Part shown: positions 1 through 9,826 of the stretch, piece after piece | Layout: each line of letters starts with the position of its first letter | Position numbering within the stretch: position 1 is the stretch's first letter | Position numbers and translations under genes: made by a program | The notes under the pieces: generated by a model | Seen by the model: the letters and a program-made list of their open reading frames with translations, nothing else | What the model was told of the DNA's origin: nothing | Database searches by the model: none | NCBI GenBank assembly: GCA_963717445.1 | Contig: OY970334.1 | Location: 901,798-965,797, forward strand | Direction of reading: 5' to 3' | From: an uncultured Bacteroidota bacterium | GTDB taxonomy: Bacteria > Bacteroidota > Ignavibacteria > UBA10030 > UBA8401 | DNA: 64,000 nucleotides

Positions 1-642
1 TTTGTATTGTTGAAATTAGGGCGTTGCCGACCCAATCCAGCAGTTCCCCCATTGCGAACGATACATACGTCTGAAGCTTTGCGATATGTCAAAATGCTTT
101 TGTAATTGGCATCGGTATGCGTGATGACGCCACTAACGTCGGATACCAATTCCCTAAGAACTTCCGTCATGTGTTGATGAATTCTCGCGTTGCGCGCGTA
201 GGTGACTATCGGGTCTTGATAATCGAAAACGGTTGCCGAGAAGTTTTTCCCGTAGTCGTTAAGAAATCCATCCCACCAATACGGCATTGCAATGATAGCA
301 ATCATTGGATTCTTGATTCTTTTTATTCTCTTATCGAACCATGTCTTAAAGAGCCATCGGTCGAAACCTGGAGTCAGGCTTCCCCTGTAAAACGTGGGAA
401 AAACCGGCGGCGACCACACTTCCAGCATTTCAGCAATATGCGGGAAGTGCACGGTCTCGCGGCGAAGCGGATAGGCAACAGTAGCGATAGATTCCCGAAC
501 AATGCCGGCAAAAGAATTTGGAGGATTTATATAAATCGCATGACATCCTATACGCAATAATTCTATTGCAAATGCCCGCGTTCTGCTTTGCTGGCTGTTC
601 CATGGTTGTGGGGAAAACAAGAGATACACTGGTTGGGGCATA
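1..642 (-). CDS. glycosyltransferase, GT-B fold (family 1-like); N-terminus is in the window, the rest runs off the 5' edge
   Basis: Reverse-strand translation from the ATG at 642-640 gives MPQPVYLLFSPQPWNSQQSRTRAFAIELLRIGCHAIYINPP..., with the PW..QRxQ..A.ELA N-terminal signature of GT1/GT4 enzymes. It is open to the window edge. It is absent from the ORF track only because no stop codon falls inside the window. Confidence 0.55.
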
Positions 643-747
643 GATAGACTCAATGTACAATGTACTGTTTGCTTTCTTGTCCCTTTGCGAGACGGCAGAA
701 CATTCTCTTTGACTTTTACGATTGTTTTCTTGATACCCTACAAATAT

Positions 748-1707
748 CTATGGCATAAAATAATCGTGCTTCAGGGAGGATTTTCTAAAAATGCTTCCGA
801 TACTATCTGCAATACCTGAAGAACGCAATAGTGTGAATACCCGATTCCCCAACAAGCTCGCTATATAATAACGCCACGCGATCAACATATAATGTTTTCG
901 CCATAAAAGTCCAGCAAGGTATCCTCGTGCATTCATCATTGTTCCGTGATAATATTCTAACTTTCCCAGTTGCAAGGATATTTTAGCTTTTGCGTTACCT
1001 CTCTGCGCGATGCGATATTTCTCTTTCAGGTAACACACTCCCATTTCATACGCTTGACGAGATTGCACATTTTTCAATCTTTGTGATATCGACGTACTGG
1101 AAATTCTATATTTGAGCAAACTATTTGAAATATTGCGAAACTTTGCATGGTCGAGAATTTTTAACCACAAATCATAATCAACCGCAGCAACTAATTTTTC
1201 GTCGAACATTCCAGCCTGCACTAAAACACTTTTCCGGATAAGCGTAGAAGGAAAACACATCGAACACTGTACCGGCATCAGTTCTGCTATCTCCTCATGC
1301 GTTGTTGGAAGTCGCTTTTCTCTAATGACGTCGCCCCGTTCATCAATCAATTGATACGAACTGCTAATCGCATCAATAGTCGTATCCTCGGTGACAGCAC
1401 GATTTTGAAGGAACAATCGATCCGGAAGCGCAACGTCATCAGCGTCCATAAATGCGACCCACGTTGCAGTCGTTTGAGACAGGGCAAAATTGAGAGCGGA
1501 TGCCCTGCCTTGATGGTCACGGCTGAATATTCTAACTCGAGGATCATGGTATTTCTGTATTGTCTTCAGCGAATGATCTTCCGAACCATCATCAATGATA
1601 ATATAGTCAAACTCTCAATGCGTTTGCATGAGAATACTTTCTATGGCTTCTGCAACATACTCGGCCTGATTATAGACCGTCATTACTACAGAAAGTGTAC
1701 CGGCCAT
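748..1707 (-). pseudogene. family 2 glycosyltransferase interrupted by an in-frame TGA at 1615-1617
   Basis: The minus-strand ATG at 1707 gives MAGTLSVVMTVYNQAEYVAEAIESILMQTH*EFDYIIIDDGSEDH..., a GT2 N-terminus with the DDGS motif. The frame then continues into the listed ORF 748..1449 (MDADDVALPDRLF..., DxD motif). A single TGA separates the two halves. Confidence 0.55.
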
Positions 1708-1855
1708 AGTCCGCTCTCCTTACTATCGCTTGATGGTATGCCGCACTAAAAAATTTCAATCATTGTACTTTTAAAAAACCTGAACGAAGAGGGATGTTTC
1801 TGTAGATTCCTCTTTCCAGAAAACAATCTTGCGCAATGAAAAATGGTCGTTTCCT

Positions 1856-4429
1856 TCAATTGTCGCAATCCTCATACACTTTTGCGGTAGATTCCACGGC
1901 TTGCTGCAGTGTCCTTTCAGCACAGAATTGTCGAATCGCTGGCTGAAATTCTAACCGCGAGTGATTCAGCGACAACTCTAAAGCATTCTTCAAACCATTA
2001 GGCAATGCATGATCGTACATGATCCCAATGTTATGATGCTCAAGGATCTCAGGAAACCAGCCTAGGTTGGGAACGATGATGGGGCAATCGAAGCTGGAAA
2101 ATAACATCGCAGTTCCGGAATGGAGAATTTCGCGAAAAGGAAGAATGCCAAAATCTGCGCTACGCATATACAGCTGTATTTCATCCTCCGAAATATACCG
2201 ATTCACAATTGTTATCCGAGAATCGTTTAAAGCGCTCATCTGTACTTGAGTCTCCAATGCCGCATCGCAAAACTCTCCAACAATGAAAAGGCGAACAGGC
2301 TCTTCCGGGTTCCACTCTCGGAATGTATCGATCAATTCAGAAACTCCTTTGTACGGTAACACTTTTCCAAAAAAGAGATACATCAGATCACCGCGTCTTA
2401 TTCCCAAGCGCCCACGGGCAAAATCGGTCGAGACGGAATCAGGATATATTCCTCGATAATGAGGGTGTGGGGTATACGAGACTGCCTCGCTCCTTCCGTA
2501 CGATTCCCACAGTAAGTCTGTCGCCTTTAACGATAACGATATTATTTCGTCGCTCATTGTCGTTAATGAGGCTAAAAATATTTTTTCCACTTTCCTGTGA
2601 GCAAAATCGTGGGATCGGTCATTATGATATGTCCACACCACTTTAATGCCGCAAATGCGGCAGAGTACTAGTCCCAGCAAGAATCGAAGAGCCTTGAGAA
2701 GCGATATGAAGGCCCGCTTATCGCTATAGATACGATGAACGAAATGAAAATGCAGAATGATAATCAGTAACCCTGCATCTCGATCTCTTTCACGTCTTCG
2801 AGTATACAACAACCAAGGAAGATGAATAAGAAAACTGCGGAAATTCAATTCACGCATTTCGATGTTTGGATATGACTTCTCTAAAGCGGCATGGAGTGAT
2901 GTTAGATGTGGATTCCGGTCATTCCACAATGGGTCGACATAAACCACTCTTTTCGCCGATCTAGCGGTGCTATTGATCCGTAAAAAATTGGACACTCCAA
3001 ATGATTGAAGAATATTTTTCGTTAAGCGAAGTGCGATCGGAAACAAACCGCGGAGCAAAAGGAAAACAATAAGGCAAGCAATAAAAAGGATCATGAGACC
3101 CCATTGTATCGGCCTCCTTGAGTTAATGGCAAGAGATATTAACGGAGATGCAACGCCGTACATCCCAGCAGAAAGAACGATTCCCGGCAACCATTGCCAG
3201 AAAAGCGGGCTCAAAGGAAGAGAAAAGCTTCGATGGAGCTGAAACAATAGCAACAACATTAATACGGAATTAAATATGAAAAAACACCCTGCGACCCCGA
3301 CAATTCCCCAATGCACTCCCAGAAGAAAACTGAAAACTAATACCGGGGCGGATACTACAGCGTACACCATGAATCGATGAGAATCGCCAATCGCTAACAT
3401 CGCAGAGCCTGACAGCGAGAGTAATGATTGGCGCATCGCTTCTAGAATAAGTATTTGCATCACTGGAATTGCAGGCAGCCATTTTTCACCGATCCATAAT
3501 GGTACGAACAGAGGAATTACGGCAAGAATACCTGCAAGAATGGGAAGAGAAAGTACAGTAATAAATTGAGTGTCCCGACAGAAGAATGAAAATACTTTTT
3601 TTTTTGAAAGTTGAAAACGAGCATAGACAGGAAGCACCATCTGATTCATGACACCTGAAATAATCTCTTGTTGAAAAGCAAGAATGCGGTATGAAAAATT
3701 ATACATCCCCAGAGCAGACGGCCCCAATATCTTCCCTACGATCGCGTCATCACAATACTTACCGATGAAATTCAAAAAATTAAAAGAGGCAACATGCTTC
3801 CCAAAGCGATACAAAACAGATGCATCTTTGGTGCGAAAATGAAATGGCGGCCTCCATTCAATACTCCACCAAAGCCATAGAGTGCGAACTAATGACGTTG
3901 TAATATTCTGGACGACAAACACCCAAACCGAGGCGGTATAATGAAGAACAACCAGAGCCGCCAATACTCCGATGGCTGTGCCTGTTGCATCAATGCGCGC
4001 AAATATTCGGAAATTGAATTGTCTACTTATCAAAGCACGGGGGACGATTTGCAACGCTACGAGTGGCACAACCCAAATTGCGATTCGTATGAGGAAAGAA
4101 AACGATGGGAGGGCAAACCATGATTCGATATATTTTGCTGAGAGACAAACAATTCCAGTGATGAGCAAAGAAGAAGCGAGGACCGTCCAGAATACCGACA
4201 CAAATTGCTCGTCCTCGACGAATTCTTTTTGCACCAACGCGCTCCCCATACCAAACTCGATAAGAATTCCACTGACAGTGGTAAAAATGGAAACAATTGC
4301 AAAAAGTCCAAAATCACCCGGGGAGAGAAACCGCGCGAGGATAAGAAGGAAAATAATTTGAACAATGCCTTGAAAAAAACGCAAGCCTACTTGCCAAGGG
4401 TATTCTCGCAGTTGAATCTCAGACATCAT
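1856..4429 (-). CDS. polysaccharide flippase (Wzx/MOP superfamily, about 480 aa, multi-TM) fused to a C-terminal GT1-family glycosyltransferase domain
   Basis: The 857-aa ORF has an N-terminal half with about 12 hydrophobic segments typical of polysaccharide biosynthesis/export (Wzx) proteins. The C-terminal roughly 370 aa carry GT1 features (EFCDAALETQV..., HSGTAMLFSSFDCPIIVPNLGWFPEIL). Confidence 0.6.
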   Translation of the reverse strand: MMSEIQLREYPWQVGLRFFQGIVQIIFLLILARFLSPGDFGLFAIVSIFTTVSGILIEFGMGSALVQKEFVEDEQFVSVFWTVLASSLLITGIVCLSAKYIESWFALPSFSFLIRIAIWVVPLVALQIVPRALISRQFNFRIFARIDATGTAIGVLAALVVLHYTASVWVFVVQNITTSLVRTLWLWWSIEWRPPFHFRTKDASVLYRFGKHVASFNFLNFIGKYCDDAIVGKILGPSALGMYNFSYRILAFQQEIISGVMNQMVLPVYARFQLSKKKVFSFFCRDTQFITVLSLPILAGILAVIPLFVPLWIGEKWLPAIPVMQILILEAMRQSLLSLSGSAMLAIGDSHRFMVYAVVSAPVLVFSFLLGVHWGIVGVAGCFFIFNSVLMLLLLFQLHRSFSLPLSPLFWQWLPGIVLSAGMYGVASPLISLAINSRRPIQWGLMILFIACLIVFLLLRGLFPIALRLTKNILQSFGVSNFLRINSTARSAKRVVYVDPLWNDRNPHLTSLHAALEKSYPNIEMRELNFRSFLIHLPWLLYTRRRERDRDAGLLIIILHFHFVHRIYSDKRAFISLLKALRFLLGLVLCRICGIKVVWTYHNDRSHDFAHRKVEKIFLASLTTMSDEIISLSLKATDLLWESYGRSEAVSYTPHPHYRGIYPDSVSTDFARGRLGIRRGDLMYLFFGKVLPYKGVSELIDTFREWNPEEPVRLFIVGEFCDAALETQVQMSALNDSRITIVNRYISEDEIQLYMRSADFGILPFREILHSGTAMLFSSFDCPIIVPNLGWFPEILEHHNIGIMYDHALPNGLKNALELSLNHSRLEFQPAIRQFCAERTLQQAVESTAKVYEDCDN

Positions 4430-5011
4430 GTTGCGTCAACCGGATTATTTTTAAAAAGCGCGACACTGCAGTTGAAAAGGTGTGAAAGGATGAGAAAAAA
4501 AATGAACCAATGCTTACCACAGTAACGAGAGTGATAGGAGACATAAAAAGGTTCGGTTTAGATACAAAGGAACTTTGCCGTAATATCTCCGGGAATCTCT
4601 CTACAATTTGAGGATGATCGCTTACAAAACACTTCTTTCTTCGATGCAGACTTCAAAAATAAAAAATGGAGCAATCTGTCAACCTGTAAATTTTGATTCT
4701 AACGATTTTGAGGCAAACAAAGTCGTGATCGTGCTGCGTGACTTTCAATCCTAAAAAATATACAAATATTATTTTTTATGTCAAAGGTGGGATTCTAGGA
4801 CTTGGACGAAGTATCTAGACAGGGCAGAAGATTATCTTCTAGACGAGTGATGGTATTTCATAACGTTAAGGATGGGCCATCGTGCAACAACCCCATTAAA
4901 CCGAACCGAATAGGCTATGATCCTTAAAGAGAAGAAATCACCCACTACACTATTTATTGGTACAGCATTTCTATTCAAAACGACAGCGTCACTTGAACCG
5001 TCGAATATTTT

Positions 5012-7123
5012 CTATTCCTCCACCCCTTTCGATTTCTCGTATTCCTCAATGATCTTCACAGCGACTTCGTGAGGAACTTCTTCGTAATGTGAGAACTTTT
5101 GCTTATGAATTCCCCGTCCTTGCGTCATTGAACGAAGCGTGGTGGAATACCGGTACAACTCTTTCAAGGGGACCAGCGCTTTGATGATCTGATGAGCATT
5201 GTCAGAATCCATCCCCAATATTTTTCCGCGCCGGCTCGACAAGTCCCCCATCACATCTCCCATGTGTTCTTCCGGAACCATCACCTCGACTTCATAGAGC
5301 GGCTCGAGCAAAATCGGCTTTGCTTCCTTGAAACCTTTTTTAAATGCCATCTTCCCAGCTATCTTGAAGGACATATCGTCGGAATCAACGTCATGATACG
5401 AACCGTAATGGAGTGTCGCTTTCACATCGACAACCTGATAGCCGGCGATGACTCCGCTCGTCAACGCCTCCACAATACCTTTTTCAACAGCCGGAACAAA
5501 TCTGCCGGGAACGACACCGCCGACAATTGCATCTTCAAATTCAAATCCGGTTCCGCGCTGGATCGGTTCAATTTTCAGATGGACGTGCCCGTATTGGCCG
5601 CGTCCGCCCGATTGCTTTTTGTGTTTATATTCGGCGTCGGCGACGACGCCCTTAATCGTTTCTTTGTAGGGTATGCGGGGCTCAACCACGTCGACATCCA
5701 CGCCGAATTTTTCTTTGAGACGTTTTATAATAATCGCAAGATGGAGTTCGCCCTGTCCCTGGACCACTGTCTGCTTCGTTTCGGGATCATAGTGAACGAT
5801 GAACGTGGGGTCTTCTTCGTGAAGCGAATGAAGACCGGAGCCGATTTTATCTTCTTCCCCTTTCGCCTTCGCCAGGATGGCGTTCGCGATAACCGGATCG
5901 GGAAAAACTATCGGTGGATAAAGAACAGGAAAGGTTTTAGCGCTCAATGTATTGTTGGTATGGGTATCTTTCAGCTTCACGACTGCCCCTAAATCCCCGG
6001 CGTTGATCTTTGCGACTTCTTTACGCTCACGGCCGTTCATGACAAAAATCTGGCCGAGCCTCTCGGACTTGCTGTTTGTCTCATTGAGTAAATCTATTCC
6101 TGCAGAAATGGAGCCGGTGATGACTTTGAAAAAGGAAAGCTCGCCGACGTGAGGCTCGGAGACGGTCTTGAAGACAAGCAATGACGGCGCTGCCGACGCA
6201 TCGATTTTCACTTCAATTTCCTTCTTGCTCGATGGTTCGATGCCATTACCATGACCGTGCTCGAGGGGTGACGGACAATACTTCACGATAAAATTCAGCG
6301 TATTCAACACGCCGATGTTAATCACCGGCGAGGCAGAAAAAATGGGAAATACTTTCCGCTCGACAATTCCCCGTTTCAACCCCACGCGAATATCTTCTTC
6401 CGAAAGGGTCCCATTCTCGAAGAATTTATTGAGCAGCATTTCATCGGACTCGGCGATTTTTTCTATCAACTCTTCGTGAAGGTGCGTGGCGCGCTCTTGC
6501 AATTCTGCAGGCACTGCCTCTTCGGTGAATTTTCCGTTCGTCGACGGTTCAAATTTCAACAGCTTCATCGAGAGAACGTCGACAACACCGGTGATGCCGG
6601 GCCCCGTACTCACGGGAAACGTTACAAGCACGGCGTCGTGAGAACATCGGTCTTTTATTGCGTTGACGGTGCGTTCGAAATCAATGTTATCGTGGTCGAC
6701 TTTTGTTATCACAAACAAGGACGGGAGAGAATACTCTTCAATATATTTCCAGACGATTTCCGTTCCGACTTCAACCCCCTCGAATGCCTTGACAAAAACG
6801 ATTGCCGCATCAGACACACGAAGCGCAGCTTTCACTTCGCCGGTGAAGTCCGTATATCCGGGAGTATCGAGAATATTCACTTTGGTTGCATCGAGATCGG
6901 TGACGAGCAGAGAGGTATTGATAGAAATGTGGCGTTCGATTTCGTCCTGATGGTAATCGGAAACCGACGACCCGTCGTCGACTTTTCCCTGGCGGTTCGT
7001 CGCCCCCGTTGCATAGAGTGCGGCTTCGGCGAAGGATGTTTTTCCCGAACCTCCATGGCCGATGAGTGCAACCGTTCTCACGGCATTTGAAGCGTATTCT
7101 TTTTGTAAAGGATGCTGGCTCAC
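5012..7123 (-). CDS. elongation factor G family translational GTPase (divergent paralog, 703 aa), GTG start
   Basis: The domain order is G domain, II, III, IV, V. G1 reads GHGGSGKTS (canonical AHIDAGKTT), G3 reads DTPGYTDF, and G4 reads TKVD (canonical NKxD). It starts at GTG 7123, with AAGGAG 8 nt upstream. Confidence 0.75.
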   Translation of the reverse strand: MSQHPLQKEYASNAVRTVALIGHGGSGKTSFAEAALYATGATNRQGKVDDGSSVSDYHQDEIERHISINTSLLVTDLDATKVNILDTPGYTDFTGEVKAALRVSDAAIVFVKAFEGVEVGTEIVWKYIEEYSLPSLFVITKVDHDNIDFERTVNAIKDRCSHDAVLVTFPVSTGPGITGVVDVLSMKLLKFEPSTNGKFTEEAVPAELQERATHLHEELIEKIAESDEMLLNKFFENGTLSEEDIRVGLKRGIVERKVFPIFSASPVINIGVLNTLNFIVKYCPSPLEHGHGNGIEPSSKKEIEVKIDASAAPSLLVFKTVSEPHVGELSFFKVITGSISAGIDLLNETNSKSERLGQIFVMNGRERKEVAKINAGDLGAVVKLKDTHTNNTLSAKTFPVLYPPIVFPDPVIANAILAKAKGEEDKIGSGLHSLHEEDPTFIVHYDPETKQTVVQGQGELHLAIIIKRLKEKFGVDVDVVEPRIPYKETIKGVVADAEYKHKKQSGGRGQYGHVHLKIEPIQRGTGFEFEDAIVGGVVPGRFVPAVEKGIVEALTSGVIAGYQVVDVKATLHYGSYHDVDSDDMSFKIAGKMAFKKGFKEAKPILLEPLYEVEVMVPEEHMGDVMGDLSSRRGKILGMDSDNAHQIIKALVPLKELYRYSTTLRSMTQGRGIHKQKFSHYEEVPHEVAVKIIEEYEKSKGVEE

Positions 7124-7214
7124 TATAGACTCCTTAATTTTTTTTGCGAGTAAGCGTGGACGAGATGTTTCATCCTGAGAAGTACTGTCGCGGACGGAAT
7201 AGTCTTCTCCGCGG

Positions 7215-7254
7215 ATGAAAGAAACAAGAAGGCAGTGTGAGAAAAACTCTCACA
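7215..7254 (-). terminator. putative intrinsic terminator downstream of the DUF948 gene
   Basis: A 7-bp stem TGTGAGA/TCTCACA with a 5-nt loop is followed on the minus strand by a T-rich run, CTGCCTTCTTGTTTCTTTC. Confidence 0.35.
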
Positions 7255-7271
7255 TCGTGAAGAATGGTGAA

Positions 7272-7658
7272 TTACCCTCGCAGGCGATTAATGAATGCGG
7301 CGATGCCTCGAACGACTGACCCAACGATGCCTGCGACTTCCAATACAGGCGCTTCAACTCGTTCCTGCACCTGGCGCTCGAATTCTACAATACTGTCGGC
7401 AATTTCTTTTATCGATTGAACGGAGCTTTTTATAATCGTCATTTGGTCGTCAATATTCGCCGTTATGGACCGAAGCTTAGAAGTGATCACCTCCATATTT
7501 TCCAGCACCGGAATCACCCTCACACTCACTTCTTTAACGTCGGTTCCAATTTGCCCGAGGATCGCCTTCACCTTTGTCAGGACGACAACGAGGTACACCG
7601 CCAACGCTGTCAGCGCCAAGACAAGGATAATCTGAGCCATTATCAAGAGAGTGTTCAC
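7272..7658 (-). CDS. DUF948-family membrane protein
   Basis: The 128-aa product has an N-terminal TM helix followed by a coiled region, typical of DUF948. Confidence 0.55.
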   Translation of the reverse strand: MNTLLIMAQIILVLALTALAVYLVVVLTKVKAILGQIGTDVKEVSVRVIPVLENMEVITSKLRSITANIDDQMTIIKSSVQSIKEIADSIVEFERQVQERVEAPVLEVAGIVGSVVRGIAAFINRLRG

Positions 7659-7692
7659 GGGGATCTCCGCTTATTGAAGTACAGGATTGTCG

Positions 7693-8085
7693 CTATGATT
7701 TGTTCTTTTCGCCCCGATACGCCTCAGTTCCCGCCCGCACAGCACTTTTTATTTTCGTTTCTTCAGTGCTCACTCTTTCCTTCGCGTCCGTAAGAATCTT
7801 CTCAGCGTCGACGAGAAGAGACTCGGCCCGCTTTTTTGCTTCTGTGATCAAATTCTCCGACCGCTTCTTCCCTTCGTTGATGATATCAACCGCCTTTGAC
7901 TTGGCAACGGTAATGTATCCCTCGGCATCGTCGATAATTTCTCCAGCCTTATTTTTGATATCCGCGCGCAGCTCCTTGCCCGGTTTCGGCGCATAGAGCA
8001 GCGCAACCAACGCTCCCACTACTCCTCCGGCAAGAAGTCCGATGAGCAGCCCTCTTCTCATTCCATTATCTTCTTCTGCAGACAT
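7693..8085 (-). CDS. YtxH-like protein
   Basis: MSAEEDNGMRRGLLIGLLAGGVVGALVALLYAPKPGKELR... has a Gly-rich TM segment and a helical tail. An internal ATG was chosen as the start. The longer ORF begins with a non-protein-like extension. Confidence 0.5.
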   Translation of the reverse strand: MSAEEDNGMRRGLLIGLLAGGVVGALVALLYAPKPGKELRADIKNKAGEIIDDAEGYITVAKSKAVDIINEGKKRSENLITEAKKRAESLLVDAEKILTDAKERVSTEETKIKSAVRAGTEAYRGEKNKS

Positions 8086-8172
8086 TGAATCCTCCAAGCA
8101 AACTAACGTTGAAATCGAATTGTGAAATAGAGTAACATTTTTTTCGAGAAAAATCAAGCAACTGAAATTTGC

Positions 8173-8295
8173 GGTAGTGCTCAAGTTTGGTAAGGTGATG
8201 GACACCTTACCGATTTACCTTACCAAATATTTTGCATAACGTGATTTTTGGGAGTGAGGTGTCCGTCACCTCTCGCTGGAGAAACAAAACTGACC
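8173..8295 (-). repeat. family-1 hairpin repeat, copy A (inverted relative to copy C)
   Basis: This roughly 123-bp intergenic element is near-identical to the reverse complement of 17071-17192. It contains the internal inverted pair AGGTGACGGACACCT / AGGTGTCCGTCACCT. Confidence 0.7.
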
Positions 8296-8494
8296 ACCAC
8301 CAAATTTACGGTAGCAGCACAATTTCGAAAGAGGTCGGACGCCTTGTTGATGTGCATCACCAAACATTCCAACGTCTCACAATGGTCCGGATAATGTGTC
8401 CGACATCTCATAAGCAAAAACGTACCACAACGTTTCCGGGTTTCGAAAATAAAAGGAACCGCTCATGTGACATCCACATGAGCAGTTCTTCAAA

Positions 8495-8590
8495 TTATCG
8501 GATCTTCTTCTTATGACGCATTTTCCGGAGACGCTTTTTTCTTTTATGCGTCGCCATTTTATGTCGTTTGCGTTTTTTTCCGCTAGGCAT
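8495..8590 (-). CDS. very basic 31-aa protein, bS22-like (putative small ribosomal protein)
   Basis: The product is MPSGKKRKRHKMATHKRKKRLRKMRHKKKIR. Its Lys/Arg-rich pattern resembles the bS22 family (KKRRKRMAKKKHRKLL...). It was not in the ORF track because it is under 60 aa. Confidence 0.4.
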   Translation of the reverse strand: MPSGKKRKRHKMATHKRKKRLRKMRHKKKIR

Positions 8591-8611
8591 ACAACATGCC
8601 CTCCTTAAGAA

Positions 8612-9490
8612 TTATTGTTGAATAGTTGAATGTTGAGTGAGTATCTGCTGCGCACGCTGTCCAATTTGCGTATTGGGATTCACATCAGCGGCCTTTTTGA
8701 ACCACTCGTTCGACAACGCAAGGTTTCCCTGATTGAGAGTCACGATGCCGAGGTTGAACATCGCCATTTGGTGCTTTGGATCGTATGTCAACGCCGTCTG
8801 CATTTCTTTTATCGCCGTTGGCGAATCGCCGCTTTCATAATAACATATTCCCATATCCACACGCGCATTGGCATCGGCTGGTTTGAGGTGTAAATATTTT
8901 TTGTACATTTCAATCGCACGGGGCATAAATTTCGCATCATGAAGGGCGTTTGCCAATTGGAGCAACGTGCCGGCATCGTCAGGATGTGCATCGGCATTTT
9001 TCTGGAGCTCCTCGATGTCGCTCACCAGCGTTGGGCTTACGGCGGGTCCGGAGTTATTGTCGACGGATTGATTTTCCGTTGACACCTCTTTTGGAGAGTT
9101 GCGCAATAAGCCAATACCGACAAGAACGATAACAATAACTGCCCCGGCGATCGACAATACTTTCCACGATTCGATCCTTTTTCCCGCTTCTCTTTTCCTG
9201 TCCGGCTGCCGGTCAGAAGCTGCTCCTTTTTTCTTTGCTGACGTTTTAGCCTGTGGTGCCGATGGCGCGCCGGTCAAAGCCGACCCGCAGCCGCTGCAGA
9301 CAACATTCTCAGACAAATTTGGAATTCCACAGGAAGGACAAACGATGGTCGATACCGAAGGGGCGCGTTCTTCTATTGCCGCCGTCTCCTCATCCCACAG
9401 CACTGCCATTCCGCACTTCGCGCAAAATTTATCACCAAGAGCGAGTGCCGACCCGCAACTCCCGCACAGAATGGATGGTTTTACAGCCAC
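8612..9490 (-). CDS. zinc-ribbon, single-TM and TPR-repeat protein
   Basis: It has N-terminal CxxC...CxxC pairs twice, a hydrophobic segment (IAGAVIVIVLVGIGLL) and C-terminal TPR-like repeats. Confidence 0.55.
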   Translation of the reverse strand: MAVKPSILCGSCGSALALGDKFCAKCGMAVLWDEETAAIEERAPSVSTIVCPSCGIPNLSENVVCSGCGSALTGAPSAPQAKTSAKKKGAASDRQPDRKREAGKRIESWKVLSIAGAVIVIVLVGIGLLRNSPKEVSTENQSVDNNSGPAVSPTLVSDIEELQKNADAHPDDAGTLLQLANALHDAKFMPRAIEMYKKYLHLKPADANARVDMGICYYESGDSPTAIKEMQTALTYDPKHQMAMFNLGIVTLNQGNLALSNEWFKKAADVNPNTQIGQRAQQILTQHSTIQQ

Positions 9491-9511
9491 GATGCTTTCT
9501 TTGCGAAAAAC

Positions 9512-9808
9512 TTAGCCAAGGGTTTTCTTAAGGTTCTCATTTACGATAGCTTTCAAATCTTTTGAGACTTTAAAAATTGGAACATAATGTTCGTCAACCT
9601 GCACTTGTTCGCCCGTGCGCGGGTTGCGAGCAACCCTCCCTTTCCGCTTCTTCACTTTGAAACTGCCGAAGCCCCGTATCTCAATATTTTTACCGTCACG
9701 CAACGAAGCGATCACGGTTTGGATGAATCCGTCGACAACCGCTTCAGTTTCAACCTTCGTCAAGCCTGTGCCCGAAGCAATGACGTCAACGATATCTGCT
9801 TTGGTCAA
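9512..9808 (-). CDS. hup: DNA-binding protein HU
   Basis: MTKADIVDVIASGTGLTKVETEAVVDGFIQTVIASLRDGKNIEIRGFGSFKVKKRKGRVARNPRTGEQVQV is a canonical HU/IHF fold sequence. Confidence 0.85.
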   Translation of the reverse strand: MTKADIVDVIASGTGLTKVETEAVVDGFIQTVIASLRDGKNIEIRGFGSFKVKKRKGRVARNPRTGEQVQVDEHYVPIFKVSKDLKAIVNENLKKTLG

Positions 9809-9826
9809 GTGCGTTCTCCTGTATTG

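Noticed and set aside
117-560. 147-aa plus-strand ORF at the window start
   Set aside because: It is fully antisense to a minus-strand reading frame with a clear glycosyltransferase N-terminus that is open to the window edge. It shows no protein-like features.
1615-1617. TGA recoding (Sec, Trp or Gly) as the explanation for the in-frame stop in the GT2 gene
   Set aside because: Other genes in the window end at TGA, for example at 18903-18905 and 41173-41175. No SECIS-like hairpin was seen downstream. A nonsense mutation or sequencing error is more parsimonious.
8232-8516. 94-aa ORF spanning repeat copy A
   Set aside because: It runs through the hairpin repeat and has a low-complexity composition. 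The real small gene here is the 31-aa basic protein on the opposite strand.
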